Of a stretch of DNA of 64,000 bases, positions 11,890-19,867 are shown in pieces. The translations under genes were made by a program, and so were the position numbers. The notes beneath the pieces are model-generated. The model saw only the letters and a program-made list of their open reading frames with translations, was not told the origin of the DNA and ran no database searches. Every line of letters begins with the position of its first letter. The first letter of the stretch is position 1. Source of the stretch: Candidatus Eiseniibacteriota bacterium (GTDB lineage Bacteria > Eisenbacteria > RBG-16-71-46 > CAIMUX01 > VGJL01); the NCBI GenBank assembly GCA_034679345.1, contig JAXDAY010000030.1:52925-116924 (forward strand), in the 5' to 3' direction.

Positions 11890-13202
11890 CGGGCATTCGC
11901 CAACGAACGCTCGCGGGGACCGCCTCGTACGAGGGGGTGGGGCTGCACACCGGCTGCACGACACGACTGCGATTCCTGCCGGCCCCGCCCGAGTCAGGGA
12001 TTCGATTCATCCGAATCGATCTACCCGGTCGGCCGGTCATCCCCGTCCGCCCGGAGAACGCGGGCAATGCCCGCGATCAGATGCGCCGCACGGTGCTGCG
12101 CTCCGGCGAGTGCGAAGTGCACACGGTGGAGCATGTCCTTGCGACCGTGAGCGGGCTCGGGATCGACAATGTCGATATCGAGGTCGATGGCCCTGAGGCG
12201 CCCGAACCTGTCGAGGGGAGCGCCCGGCCGATCGCCGAGGCGATCCTTGGCGAGGGAATCGTCGAGCAGGATGCGCCGCGACGCTACTTCGAGATCGAAC
12301 GCCCTGTCGTCTTCAGCGAGGGCGAGATCCAGATCCTCGGACTCCCCGGCGAAGGGACGCGCATCTCCTTCACGATCCAGTTCGAGAATCCGCTCCTGGG
12401 GACCCAGCACTGCAGCTTCGAGATCACCCCGGAGATCTTCGCGAAAGAGATCGCTCCGGCGCGGACCTTCGTCCTGTACGAGGATGTCGAGAAGCTCCGG
12501 AAGGCCGGGATGATCAAGGGGGGAACGGTCCACAACGCCGTCGTCGTGAAGGATCGGGAGATCGTTTCCGAGGGGCCCCTCCGGTTCCCCGACGAGTTCG
12601 TGCGGCACAAGGTCCTCGACCTCCTCGGGGACCTTGCGCTGCTCGGCAGGCCCTTCAGGGGGCACGTGATCGCGATTCGGAGCGGCCACGACTCCAATGT
12701 TCGTTTTGTTCGCGAGCTCGCCGCGGCCGTCGCGGGCCGTTCCGACTACGAGCGGCTTCGGACAGCGGTCCACTATGACATCACGGCCATCGAACGGATC
12801 ATGCCGCACCGCTATCCGATGCTGCTCGTCGATCGCATCCTCCTTCTGGAGGAGCGGCGTCGCGTCGTGGGGCTGAAGAACGTGACGATCAACGAGCCCT
12901 TCTTCGTGGGGCACTTTCCCGGCCATCCGATCATGCCCGCGGTCTTGATCATCGAGTCGATGGCTCAGGCAGGCGGGGTGCTGCTGCTCCATACGGTCGA
13001 CGATCCGGATTCGAAGCTCGTCTACTTCATGGGAATCGACAATGCCAAGTTCCGGCGGCCCGTGCTTCCCGGGGACCAGCTGGTCCTCGACCTGGAGATG
13101 GTTCGCCTCAAGAGCTCGATCTGCAAGATGACGGGTCGGGCATTCGTGATGGGACAGCTCGTGGCGGAGGCCGATCTGCTCTCGAAGATCGTCGACCGCT
13201 AG
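11886..13202 (+). CDS. lpxC/fabZ: Bifunctional UDP-3-O-acyl-GlcNAc deacetylase / 3-hydroxyacyl-ACP dehydratase (LpxC-FabZ fusion)
   Basis: 438 aa. The N-terminal LpxC fold (GVGLHTGC...HTVEHVLA...HNAVVV) is fused to a C-terminal FabZ hot-dog region (RYPMLLVDRILLLEE...VGHFPGHPIMPAVLIIESMAQAGG). Confidence 0.9.
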   Translation: MTGIRQRTLAGTASYEGVGLHTGCTTRLRFLPAPPESGIRFIRIDLPGRPVIPVRPENAGNARDQMRRTVLRSGECEVHTVEHVLATVSGLGIDNVDIEVDGPEAPEPVEGSARPIAEAILGEGIVEQDAPRRYFEIERPVVFSEGEIQILGLPGEGTRISFTIQFENPLLGTQHCSFEITPEIFAKEIAPARTFVLYEDVEKLRKAGMIKGGTVHNAVVVKDREIVSEGPLRFPDEFVRHKVLDLLGDLALLGRPFRGHVIAIRSGHDSNVRFVRELAAAVAGRSDYERLRTAVHYDITAIERIMPHRYPMLLVDRILLLEERRRVVGLKNVTINEPFFVGHFPGHPIMPAVLIIESMAQAGGVLLLHTVDDPDSKLVYFMGIDNAKFRRPVLPGDQLVLDLEMVRLKSSICKMTGRAFVMGQLVAEADLLSKIVDR

Positions 13203-13220
13203 GGCGCGTAGGGGGAGGGG

Positions 13221-13994
13221 ATGCCGAAGATCGACCCGACGGCTCGGGTCTCGCTTCATGCGGAGTTTTCGGATGACGTGAAGATCGGGCCCTGGTGCAT
13301 CGTGGGCAGGGGCGTTCGCCTCGGCCCCGGATGCGTCCTCGACTCGGGTGTCGTGATCGAGGGACCTGCCGAGATCGGAGCGAGGAACCGTTTCCACCAT
13401 GGCGCCGTCATCGGCACCGATCCCCAGGACCTGAAGTACCGCGGAGCGCGCTCGTCGTTGCGAATCGGCGATGGGAACGTCTTCAGGGAGTACTGCACGG
13501 TCAATCGCGCCACGGTCGAAGGGGAAGCGACGGTGATCGGGAACACGAACCTGATCATGGCGTATGCCCATGTCGCCCATAACTGCATGGTCGGGGACAA
13601 CGCGGTCATCGCCGGCTCGGTCGCTCTGGCGGGGCACGTGGAGGTCGGCGACTACGCGATCATCGGCGGGGTCACGCCCGTGCATCAGTTCGTGAAGATC
13701 GGGGCGCATTCGATCATCGGCGGGGGATGTCGGGTTCCGAAGGACGTCGTGCCCTTCGTGCGCGCGGCCGGCAATCCTCTTCGGGTGGCCGGGCTGAACA
13801 GCATCGGCCTCGCCCGGCGCGGGTTCAGCGAGGAGACGCGCGCCGAGCTGAAGAAGCTCTATCGCATCTTCTTCCGCACGACGCTCCTGGTGGACGAAGC
13901 CCTTGCCACAATCCGGCGCGAGTGCCGGCCGCTTCCGGAGATCGAGCAGTTCTGCCAGTTCGTCGAGCGTTCGGAGCGGGGAATCACCCGTTAG
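13221..13994 (+). CDS. lpxA: Acyl-ACP:UDP-GlcNAc O-acyltransferase LpxA
   Basis: Hexapeptide-repeat protein of 257 aa with a characteristic C-terminal helical domain (RRGFSEETRAELKKLYRIFF). Confidence 0.9.
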   Translation: MPKIDPTARVSLHAEFSDDVKIGPWCIVGRGVRLGPGCVLDSGVVIEGPAEIGARNRFHHGAVIGTDPQDLKYRGARSSLRIGDGNVFREYCTVNRATVEGEATVIGNTNLIMAYAHVAHNCMVGDNAVIAGSVALAGHVEVGDYAIIGGVTPVHQFVKIGAHSIIGGGCRVPKDVVPFVRAAGNPLRVAGLNSIGLARRGFSEETRAELKKLYRIFFRTTLLVDEALATIRRECRPLPEIEQFCQFVERSERGITR

Positions 13995-14002
13995 GAGGAG
14001 AG

Positions 14003-15016
14003 ATGGAGCCCGTCCCGGTCGCGGTCGTGGGTTGCGGGCATCTCGGCACGTTCCACGCTCGCGTCTACTCGCGAGACCCCGCCTGCCGACTGATCGCCGT
14101 CGCCGACATCATCCCCGAGAGGGCCCAGAAGCTCGCCGCTGAGCTCGGCGTCGAGCCCCTGTACGACGCCTCCATGGTGATCGGCCGCGTCGCGGCGGCG
14201 AGCGTGGCCACGCCAACCCTCACCCACGAGGCGATCGCGGGGATGCTCCTCGCGCAGGGGGTCGACGTCCTGGTGGAGAAGCCGCTCGCCGCTGATCCGG
14301 AAGCCGGGGCTCGCATCGTCGCTGCGGCAAGAAACGCCGGACGCGTCCTCGGCGTGGGGCAGATCGAGCGGTGCAACCCCGCCTTCGTCGCAGCCCGCTC
14401 GGATCTGAAGTCCCCGCGCTTCATCGAATCGCACCGGCTGGCCAGTTTCGTGCCCCGGTCCCTCGATGTCGATGTCGTCCTGGATCTCATGATCCACGAC
14501 ATCGATCTCGTCCTCTCGCTCGCCGCCTCTCCCCTCGAGAGGCTTGACGCCATCGGGGTGCCGGTCATCACGCAGGCGGCCGACATCGCGAACGCGCGAC
14601 TCCGTTTCGGCGATGGCTCGGTGGCGAATCTCACGGCGAGCCGCGTCTCGGGGCAGCGGATGCGGAAGATCCGCTTCTTCGAGAGAAACCTCTATCTCTC
14701 CGTCGACCTCCAGAATCGAAGGCTCGAGCGCGTGCGGCTCACGCCCCTCTCAACGAGGGAGTCGCCCGAACCGGCCGCTCCGCCCGAGGCCTTGATGCTC
14801 GCCGCCCGCGGGCTCAGGCTCGACCGCGCGAGCGTCGAGATCACCGAAGGGGACGCGCTCGTCAGTCAGCTGGCCGCCTTCCTGGCGGCCGTCCGTGGCG
14901 AGGGGAGGCCGGCCGCGACGGGGGAGGAGGGACTGCGAAGCCTGGAGGTCGCCGTGCGCGTGCGTGAGGCCGTCGCCACGAGCCTGGCGCGCCTGGGGGA
15001 AGTCCGAGCGGGATGA
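14003..15016 (+). CDS. Gfo/Idh/MocA-family NAD(P)-dependent oxidoreductase (GnnA-like) placed between lpxA and lpxB
   Basis: Rossmann motif VAVVGCGHLGTFHA and an EKP motif (VLVEKPLAA); RBS AGGAGG 8 nt upstream of the ATG at 14003; the stop overlaps the lpxB start. Confidence 0.75.
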   Translation: MEPVPVAVVGCGHLGTFHARVYSRDPACRLIAVADIIPERAQKLAAELGVEPLYDASMVIGRVAAASVATPTLTHEAIAGMLLAQGVDVLVEKPLAADPEAGARIVAAARNAGRVLGVGQIERCNPAFVAARSDLKSPRFIESHRLASFVPRSLDVDVVLDLMIHDIDLVLSLAASPLERLDAIGVPVITQAADIANARLRFGDGSVANLTASRVSGQRMRKIRFFERNLYLSVDLQNRRLERVRLTPLSTRESPEPAAPPEALMLAARGLRLDRASVEITEGDALVSQLAAFLAAVRGEGRPAATGEEGLRSLEVAVRVREAVATSLARLGEVRAG

Positions 15017-16140
15017 GCCGCCTCTTCCTCGTCGCAGGAGAGGCCTCCGGGGACCTGCAGGGGGGGCTCCTCGCCGAGGCGCTCCGCTCGAAGGCTCCGG
15101 AAATCCACATCGAGGGGATCGGCGGCGAGGCGATGGAACGAGCCGGCGTCGCTCTCTTCCACCGCAACGATGAGATGGGTGTGACCGGGATCGTCGAGGT
15201 TGCGCGGCATCTTCCTCGCATCCTGCGGCTGCTGAACGCGGCGGCGCGGCGAATCGAAGAGTCAAAGTCCGAGGCGGCGATCCTGATCGACTATCCCGAT
15301 TTCAATCTGCGGCTCGCCGCCCGGCTTCGCCGACGCGGGATCAAGGTCATCTACTACATCTCGCCCCAGCTCTGGGCCTGGCGCAGGGGAAGGATCGAGA
15401 CGATCCGCCGCACGGTCGCTCGAATGATCGTCATCTTCCCCTTCGAGGAGGCCCTTTACCGGGAGGCCGGCATCCCCGTGAGCTACGTCGGGCATCCCCT
15501 CGTGGAACGGGTTCGACCATCCAGACCCAGGCCGGAGATCCGAGCGGAGCTTGGAGTGGGGGCCGGGGAGCGCTTGATCGTGCTGATGCCCGGAAGCCGA
15601 AGGAGCGAGATCTCCCGGATCGCGCCTGTGCTCGATGCCGCGCGCCAGCGTCTCTCGGGACGCCCGGGGCTCCGCTGGGCGCTTGCTCTCGCTCCGGGGA
15701 TCGAACGGGAGCTTCTGCCGGAGTCGATGCGATCGGATCCATCGATGCCGGCCCGCGCCGGGGCCACCTACGATCTTCTCGCCGCTTGCGATCTTGCCGT
15801 CGCGGCGTCGGGCACCGCCACCCTCGAGGCGGCGATCCTCGGCGCGCCGATGATCGTCGTCTACAAGATGCACCCGCTCACGTGGGAGATCGCGCGCCGT
15901 CTCGTGAAGGTGGAGCACGTCGCGATGGCGAACCTGGTGGCTGGGAAGCGCATCGTGCCCGAGCTCCTCCAGGGAGAGGCCGTGCCCGAACGCCTCGCTG
16001 ACGAGATCCTCCGCTTCCTCGACGATCCTGATCTGCTGCTGCGCACGCGAGAGGCTCTCCTCGAGGCGGCGGCGAAGCTGGGAGCGGGGGGAGCGAGCGG
16101 TCGCGCCGCCGAGGCGGTCCTGGAGGAGATCGCGCGGTGA
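15013..16140 (+). CDS. lpxB: Lipid-A-disaccharide synthase LpxB
   Basis: N-terminal LFLVAGEASGDLQGG, typical of LpxB (GT19); 375 aa. Confidence 0.9.
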   Translation: MSRLFLVAGEASGDLQGGLLAEALRSKAPEIHIEGIGGEAMERAGVALFHRNDEMGVTGIVEVARHLPRILRLLNAAARRIEESKSEAAILIDYPDFNLRLAARLRRRGIKVIYYISPQLWAWRRGRIETIRRTVARMIVIFPFEEALYREAGIPVSYVGHPLVERVRPSRPRPEIRAELGVGAGERLIVLMPGSRRSEISRIAPVLDAARQRLSGRPGLRWALALAPGIERELLPESMRSDPSMPARAGATYDLLAACDLAVAASGTATLEAAILGAPMIVVYKMHPLTWEIARRLVKVEHVAMANLVAGKRIVPELLQGEAVPERLADEILRFLDDPDLLLRTREALLEAAAKLGAGGASGRAAEAVLEEIAR

Positions 16141-16841
16141 AACGACCCGACGCCCAAACCGTTCCGCGCGATCTCAGCGGCGGCCTCCGGCCCCGACTCG
16201 CCGGCGTCCTCGGCGCCGGGTTGGTCCGAGTCCTGGGATCGACCTGGAGGATTGACTGGCTCGATCAGAATGGGGCATTGGCCCGACCGTCATGGGATGC
16301 GCCTGCGGTCTATGCCTTCTGGCATGGGACGCTTCTCGTGTTGAGCTACAGCCACCGCGCGCGCGGAATCGTGGTCCTGGTCAGCCGGCACGCGGATGGG
16401 GAGTACATCAGCCAGATCATCTGTCGCCTCGGATTCGGGGTCGTGCGGGGCAGCTCGACCCGCGGCGGCCTGAGGGCGCTTCTGGAGATGGGGCGGGCGG
16501 GCAGGGAGGGACATCCCCTGGGGGTCACGCCCGACGGCCCGCGAGGGCCGCGAGCAGTGCTTCAGGCGGGCGTCCTCCACATCGCCCAGCGAAGCGGGCT
16601 GCCGATCGTTCCCCTCGCCGCCTCGGCGGTCCGCCGGACACGGCTCGCATCATGGGACCGGTTCCTGATCCCGCACCCATGGAGCCGTGTCGCGATCGTC
16701 ACGGGAGCGCCGATCCACATCCCTGCCGATCTCGAGCCCTCCATGCTCGAGCCCCAGTGGGGAGCGCAGGTGCGCGCGGGAATCGAGGCGTGCGAGGAGG
16801 TTGCCTCGGCCTGGCGGGCGGAGCGCGCCGGGTCTACATGA
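16137..16841 (+). CDS. DUF374 / lysophospholipid-acyltransferase-like protein associated with Kdo transferase
   Basis: 234 aa with a conserved FWHG...(V)SRHADGE core; sits immediately upstream of waaA with an overlap, a common arrangement. Confidence 0.7.
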   Translation: MKRPDAQTVPRDLSGGLRPRLAGVLGAGLVRVLGSTWRIDWLDQNGALARPSWDAPAVYAFWHGTLLVLSYSHRARGIVVLVSRHADGEYISQIICRLGFGVVRGSSTRGGLRALLEMGRAGREGHPLGVTPDGPRGPRAVLQAGVLHIAQRSGLPIVPLAASAVRRTRLASWDRFLIPHPWSRVAIVTGAPIHIPADLEPSMLEPQWGAQVRAGIEACEEVASAWRAERAGST

Positions 16842-18118
16842 ACCGGCTTGCGTTCATCGCCTACCAGGCGCTGCTCGGGCTTCTCGTCCTCGCGGCCTTT
16901 CCCTGGATCCTTCTTCGACGATCGCGGGAGATCGCGGAGCGCCTTGGGGGAGGGCCATCCTCGTCGGGAGGGGCGTTCTGGATCCATGCCGCGAGCCTCG
17001 GCGAGTTCGAGGCGGCGGCCCCGATTCTCGAAGAGCTTCGCTCGGCGAGGCCGCCGCCACCGATCATCGTCTCCTGCACGAACTGGATCGCCCGCGCGCG
17101 GCTGCAAGAGCGGCTCGGTCCGGCGGTCCAGGTGCGTCTCGCTCCGATCGATCTGATCGGAGCCGTGCGGCGCTCCATGGCGGCGGGCCCCAAGGCCCTT
17201 CTCTTCTTCGAGACCGAGATCTGGCCCGCATGGATCGCCGCCGCCTCGCGCGCCGGCGTGCCGATCGCCATGCTGAGCGCCCGGATCTCCGATCGATCGT
17301 TTCCTCGATACCGGCGATTGCGGGCGCTGCTCGCTCGGCCGCTGTCGCGCATCACGATCATCGCCTGCCGGACGCAGGAGGACCGGCGCCGCTGGATCGA
17401 GATCGGGGCGCCTGAACATCGATGCGTCGTCTGGGGCAACACGAAGTACGACCTGGGGCCGCCGCCCGCGCCGCGTCCCGCCCGCTCGGCGGGGGATCCG
17501 ATCCTCTTCACGATCGGCTCGATCCGGCGGGGCGAGGAGGGGGTTCTGGACGCGATGCGCGCGCTCGGTTCGGAGCGGTTCCGCTTCCTGCTCGCGCCCC
17601 GGCACATGAGGGAGCTCGACCATTGGGAGGACGCGGCGATCCGTCGGGGATTTCGAGTCCGGCGGATTGCCGATTCCGGCATCGATGCCGAGGCGCCGGA
17701 GGAGCGTCTCCACTCCGCTCTCCGCTCGGCGGGCGGCGCGGGCATCGACATCCTCCTCGTCGATCGCCTGGGGCTCTTGCGCCGCCTCTATCGGGCGGCG
17801 GATCTGAGCTTCGTCGGAGGAACGCTCGTCCCGATCGGCGGCCACAATCTCTTCGAGCCCGCTCGGGAGGGCTCGCCGGTGCTCTTCGGCCCTTCGATCG
17901 GAGGGGTGCGGGACGCCGCGGAAGCCCTGCTCGCAACGGGAGGAGGATTCCGCATTCGAGACGCGTCGCAGCTCGTCGAGGTCGCCGACTCCCTCGCGCG
18001 CGATCCGGGGAGCCTCTCAGAAGCAGGCCGCCGGGCTCGACGCGCCGCGGAGTCTCTGGCCGGAGGCGCCCAGCGCACGATCGCGGGGTTGCGCGCCCTC
18101 GGATTCCTCGAAGGATGA
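16838..18118 (+). CDS. waaA: 3-deoxy-D-manno-octulosonic acid (Kdo) transferase WaaA/KdtA
   Basis: N-terminal membrane anchor; WIHAASLGEF motif (GT30 N-terminal domain); the internal ATG at 16838 overlaps the stop of the DUF374 gene (ATGA). Confidence 0.85.
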   Translation: MNRLAFIAYQALLGLLVLAAFPWILLRRSREIAERLGGGPSSSGGAFWIHAASLGEFEAAAPILEELRSARPPPPIIVSCTNWIARARLQERLGPAVQVRLAPIDLIGAVRRSMAAGPKALLFFETEIWPAWIAAASRAGVPIAMLSARISDRSFPRYRRLRALLARPLSRITIIACRTQEDRRRWIEIGAPEHRCVVWGNTKYDLGPPPAPRPARSAGDPILFTIGSIRRGEEGVLDAMRALGSERFRFLLAPRHMRELDHWEDAAIRRGFRVRRIADSGIDAEAPEERLHSALRSAGGAGIDILLVDRLGLLRRLYRAADLSFVGGTLVPIGGHNLFEPAREGSPVLFGPSIGGVRDAAEALLATGGGFRIRDASQLVEVADSLARDPGSLSEAGRRARRAAESLAGGAQRTIAGLRALGFLEG

Positions 18119-19185
18119 AGGCGATGAAGCGCCGGTTGCGCCAGTGGCTGGAGCGGGCCTGGGATTCGCCCCCAGGAACCCCGCCGCCGTTCGTCGGTGT
18201 CCTGGACCTGCTCTCGCGCGGCTATGCCCTCGCCATCCGGCGCCAGCCGTGCGCATGCTCCCCCCCCATCCCTGTCGTCTCGGTCGGCTCGATCCGGGTC
18301 GGCGGAGCGGGCAAGACTCCGCTCGCCTCCGAGGTCGCCCGCCTCCTCGAGCAGATCGGGGAGCGACCGGCGATCGTGCTCCGCGGCTACGGCGGCGGGT
18401 ATTCGGGCGCGGCGCTCGAGGTGCCCCGGGACGGATGCGAAGCGGGGCGCTTCGGAGACGAGGCCTGCCTCCACGCCCGTCGGGGAATCGGGAGGGTCTA
18501 CGTGGCCCGGCGCAGGATGGCTGGAGTCGAACGATGCCATTCGGACGGCTGCACGGTGGCCGTGCTGGACGATGGGATGCAGCACAGGTCCATTCGCCGG
18601 GCGCTCGAGATCGTGACCCTCCCGCAGGTGGCGCCCCTCGCCAATGGCCGCCTGCTGCCGCGAGGTCCGCTGCGCGAGTCTCCGCGCGCCCTGGCCCGCG
18701 CCGATCTCCTGGTCGTGAGCCACGCCTCCGGGGCGGTGGAGGCGCAGGAGGCGATCGCCGCGCTCCGGCCGCATCTACGACCGGGGACCCCGATCCTCGC
18801 CTGGAGCGCCGCGCTCCGTGTCGAGCGCGAAGGCGGGCGGTTCCTGCCGCCCGCGCGCGTCGGGCTGCTCTGCGGCATCGCCCGGCCCGACTCATTTCGC
18901 ATGACGGTGGCCACCGCGGGCTACGAGATCGCCTGGATGGCCGCGTATGCCGATCATCACCGCTTCACTCCCGAAGAGCTCGCCGAGGTGACGCGCCGGG
19001 CGGAGTCGGAGCGTCTGGACGCGGTGCTGACGACGGAGAAGGATTCTGCGCGAATGGCGACGACGGCGCAGGGGCTCCCGGCCCACTGCGCCGTCGCGCA
19101 TATCGATCTGGTCTGGATCGGATCGGAGACGGAGGAGACCTTGCGCTCCCGCCTTCGCCGGATCACGACGTCCGCTGGCGGCTAG
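18115..19185 (+). CDS. lpxK: Tetraacyldisaccharide 4'-kinase LpxK
   Basis: P-loop VGSIRVGGAGKTP; about 356 aa; ATGA overlap with the waaA stop. Confidence 0.85.
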   Translation: MKAMKRRLRQWLERAWDSPPGTPPPFVGVLDLLSRGYALAIRRQPCACSPPIPVVSVGSIRVGGAGKTPLASEVARLLEQIGERPAIVLRGYGGGYSGAALEVPRDGCEAGRFGDEACLHARRGIGRVYVARRRMAGVERCHSDGCTVAVLDDGMQHRSIRRALEIVTLPQVAPLANGRLLPRGPLRESPRALARADLLVVSHASGAVEAQEAIAALRPHLRPGTPILAWSAALRVEREGGRFLPPARVGLLCGIARPDSFRMTVATAGYEIAWMAAYADHHRFTPEELAEVTRRAESERLDAVLTTEKDSARMATTAQGLPAHCAVAHIDLVWIGSETEETLRSRLRRITTSAGG

Positions 19186-19745
19186 TCGTCGGTATCCCCC
19201 CAGTTCGCGCAATGCACCGGCAGCTTGGCCGAGGCAGTGATCTCCTCGTTGGAATCCACTTCGGTCCCGATCAACTTCACATTGGCGATGAAGCGCATCT
19301 CAACGACGTTCTCGCGGAGCGACCTCAGGGGCTCGACCACCTTGTAGGCCGCCGGAATCACCGTGATCTCTCCGGTCGCCGTGGAACCGCTGGCGACTCT
19401 CAGGTGAATCGCCCCGAAGAGGGGGGGAAGCACTTCCTCGCCCTCGAAGCGAACCTCGTAGCGATCGAAGACGACCGCCCCGAACGCGCCCGTGCCCTCG
19501 ATGTCGAGGCCGACGTCGTGGGGCCGGTTGCGGACGAGGATCTGGATCTGGTCCTCGACGACATAGTCGTCGCCGGTGAGGTACTCATCGTCGTCACCGT
19601 TGTTGTAGACGTCGCTGTCGAGCGTCTGGTTTCCGTTGATCTGCTCGATCGTGACCACCGACCGGGCCGACTCGTCGTCGCTGCAGCCGGGGGCGGCGAG
19701 CAGAAGCACGGTTGTGAGGACGAAGGCGAGAGTGGAACGGCGCAT
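19182..19745 (-). CDS. Secreted or lipoprotein-like hypothetical protein (acidic, 187 aa)
   Basis: Signal peptide MRRSTLAFVLTTVLLLAAPGCSDD with a lipobox-like AAPGC; Asp/Glu-rich mature part; its stop codon shares the palindromic CTAG with the lpxK stop on the other strand. No family recognised. Confidence 0.5.
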   Translation of the reverse strand: MRRSTLAFVLTTVLLLAAPGCSDDESARSVVTIEQINGNQTLDSDVYNNGDDDEYLTGDDYVVEDQIQILVRNRPHDVGLDIEGTGAFGAVVFDRYEVRFEGEEVLPPLFGAIHLRVASGSTATGEITVIPAAYKVVEPLRSLRENVVEMRFIANVKLIGTEVDSNEEITASAKLPVHCANWGDTDD

Positions 19746-19867
19746 AGCGGGACCTCCTCGGGTCGGGCACGAACGGCAAAACCCTTTCGTCTGTCTCTTC
19801 GGCCGGTTAGGATCCTCTCTGAACCGGAAAGGGGGTCCCTCCGGCGGGATGGTCCCGGGGTGGAGAC

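Noticed and set aside
12021-13709. 562-aa minus-strand ORF antisense to lpxC/fabZ and lpxA
   Set aside because: Low-complexity composition, no motifs, and it overlaps well-supported genes.
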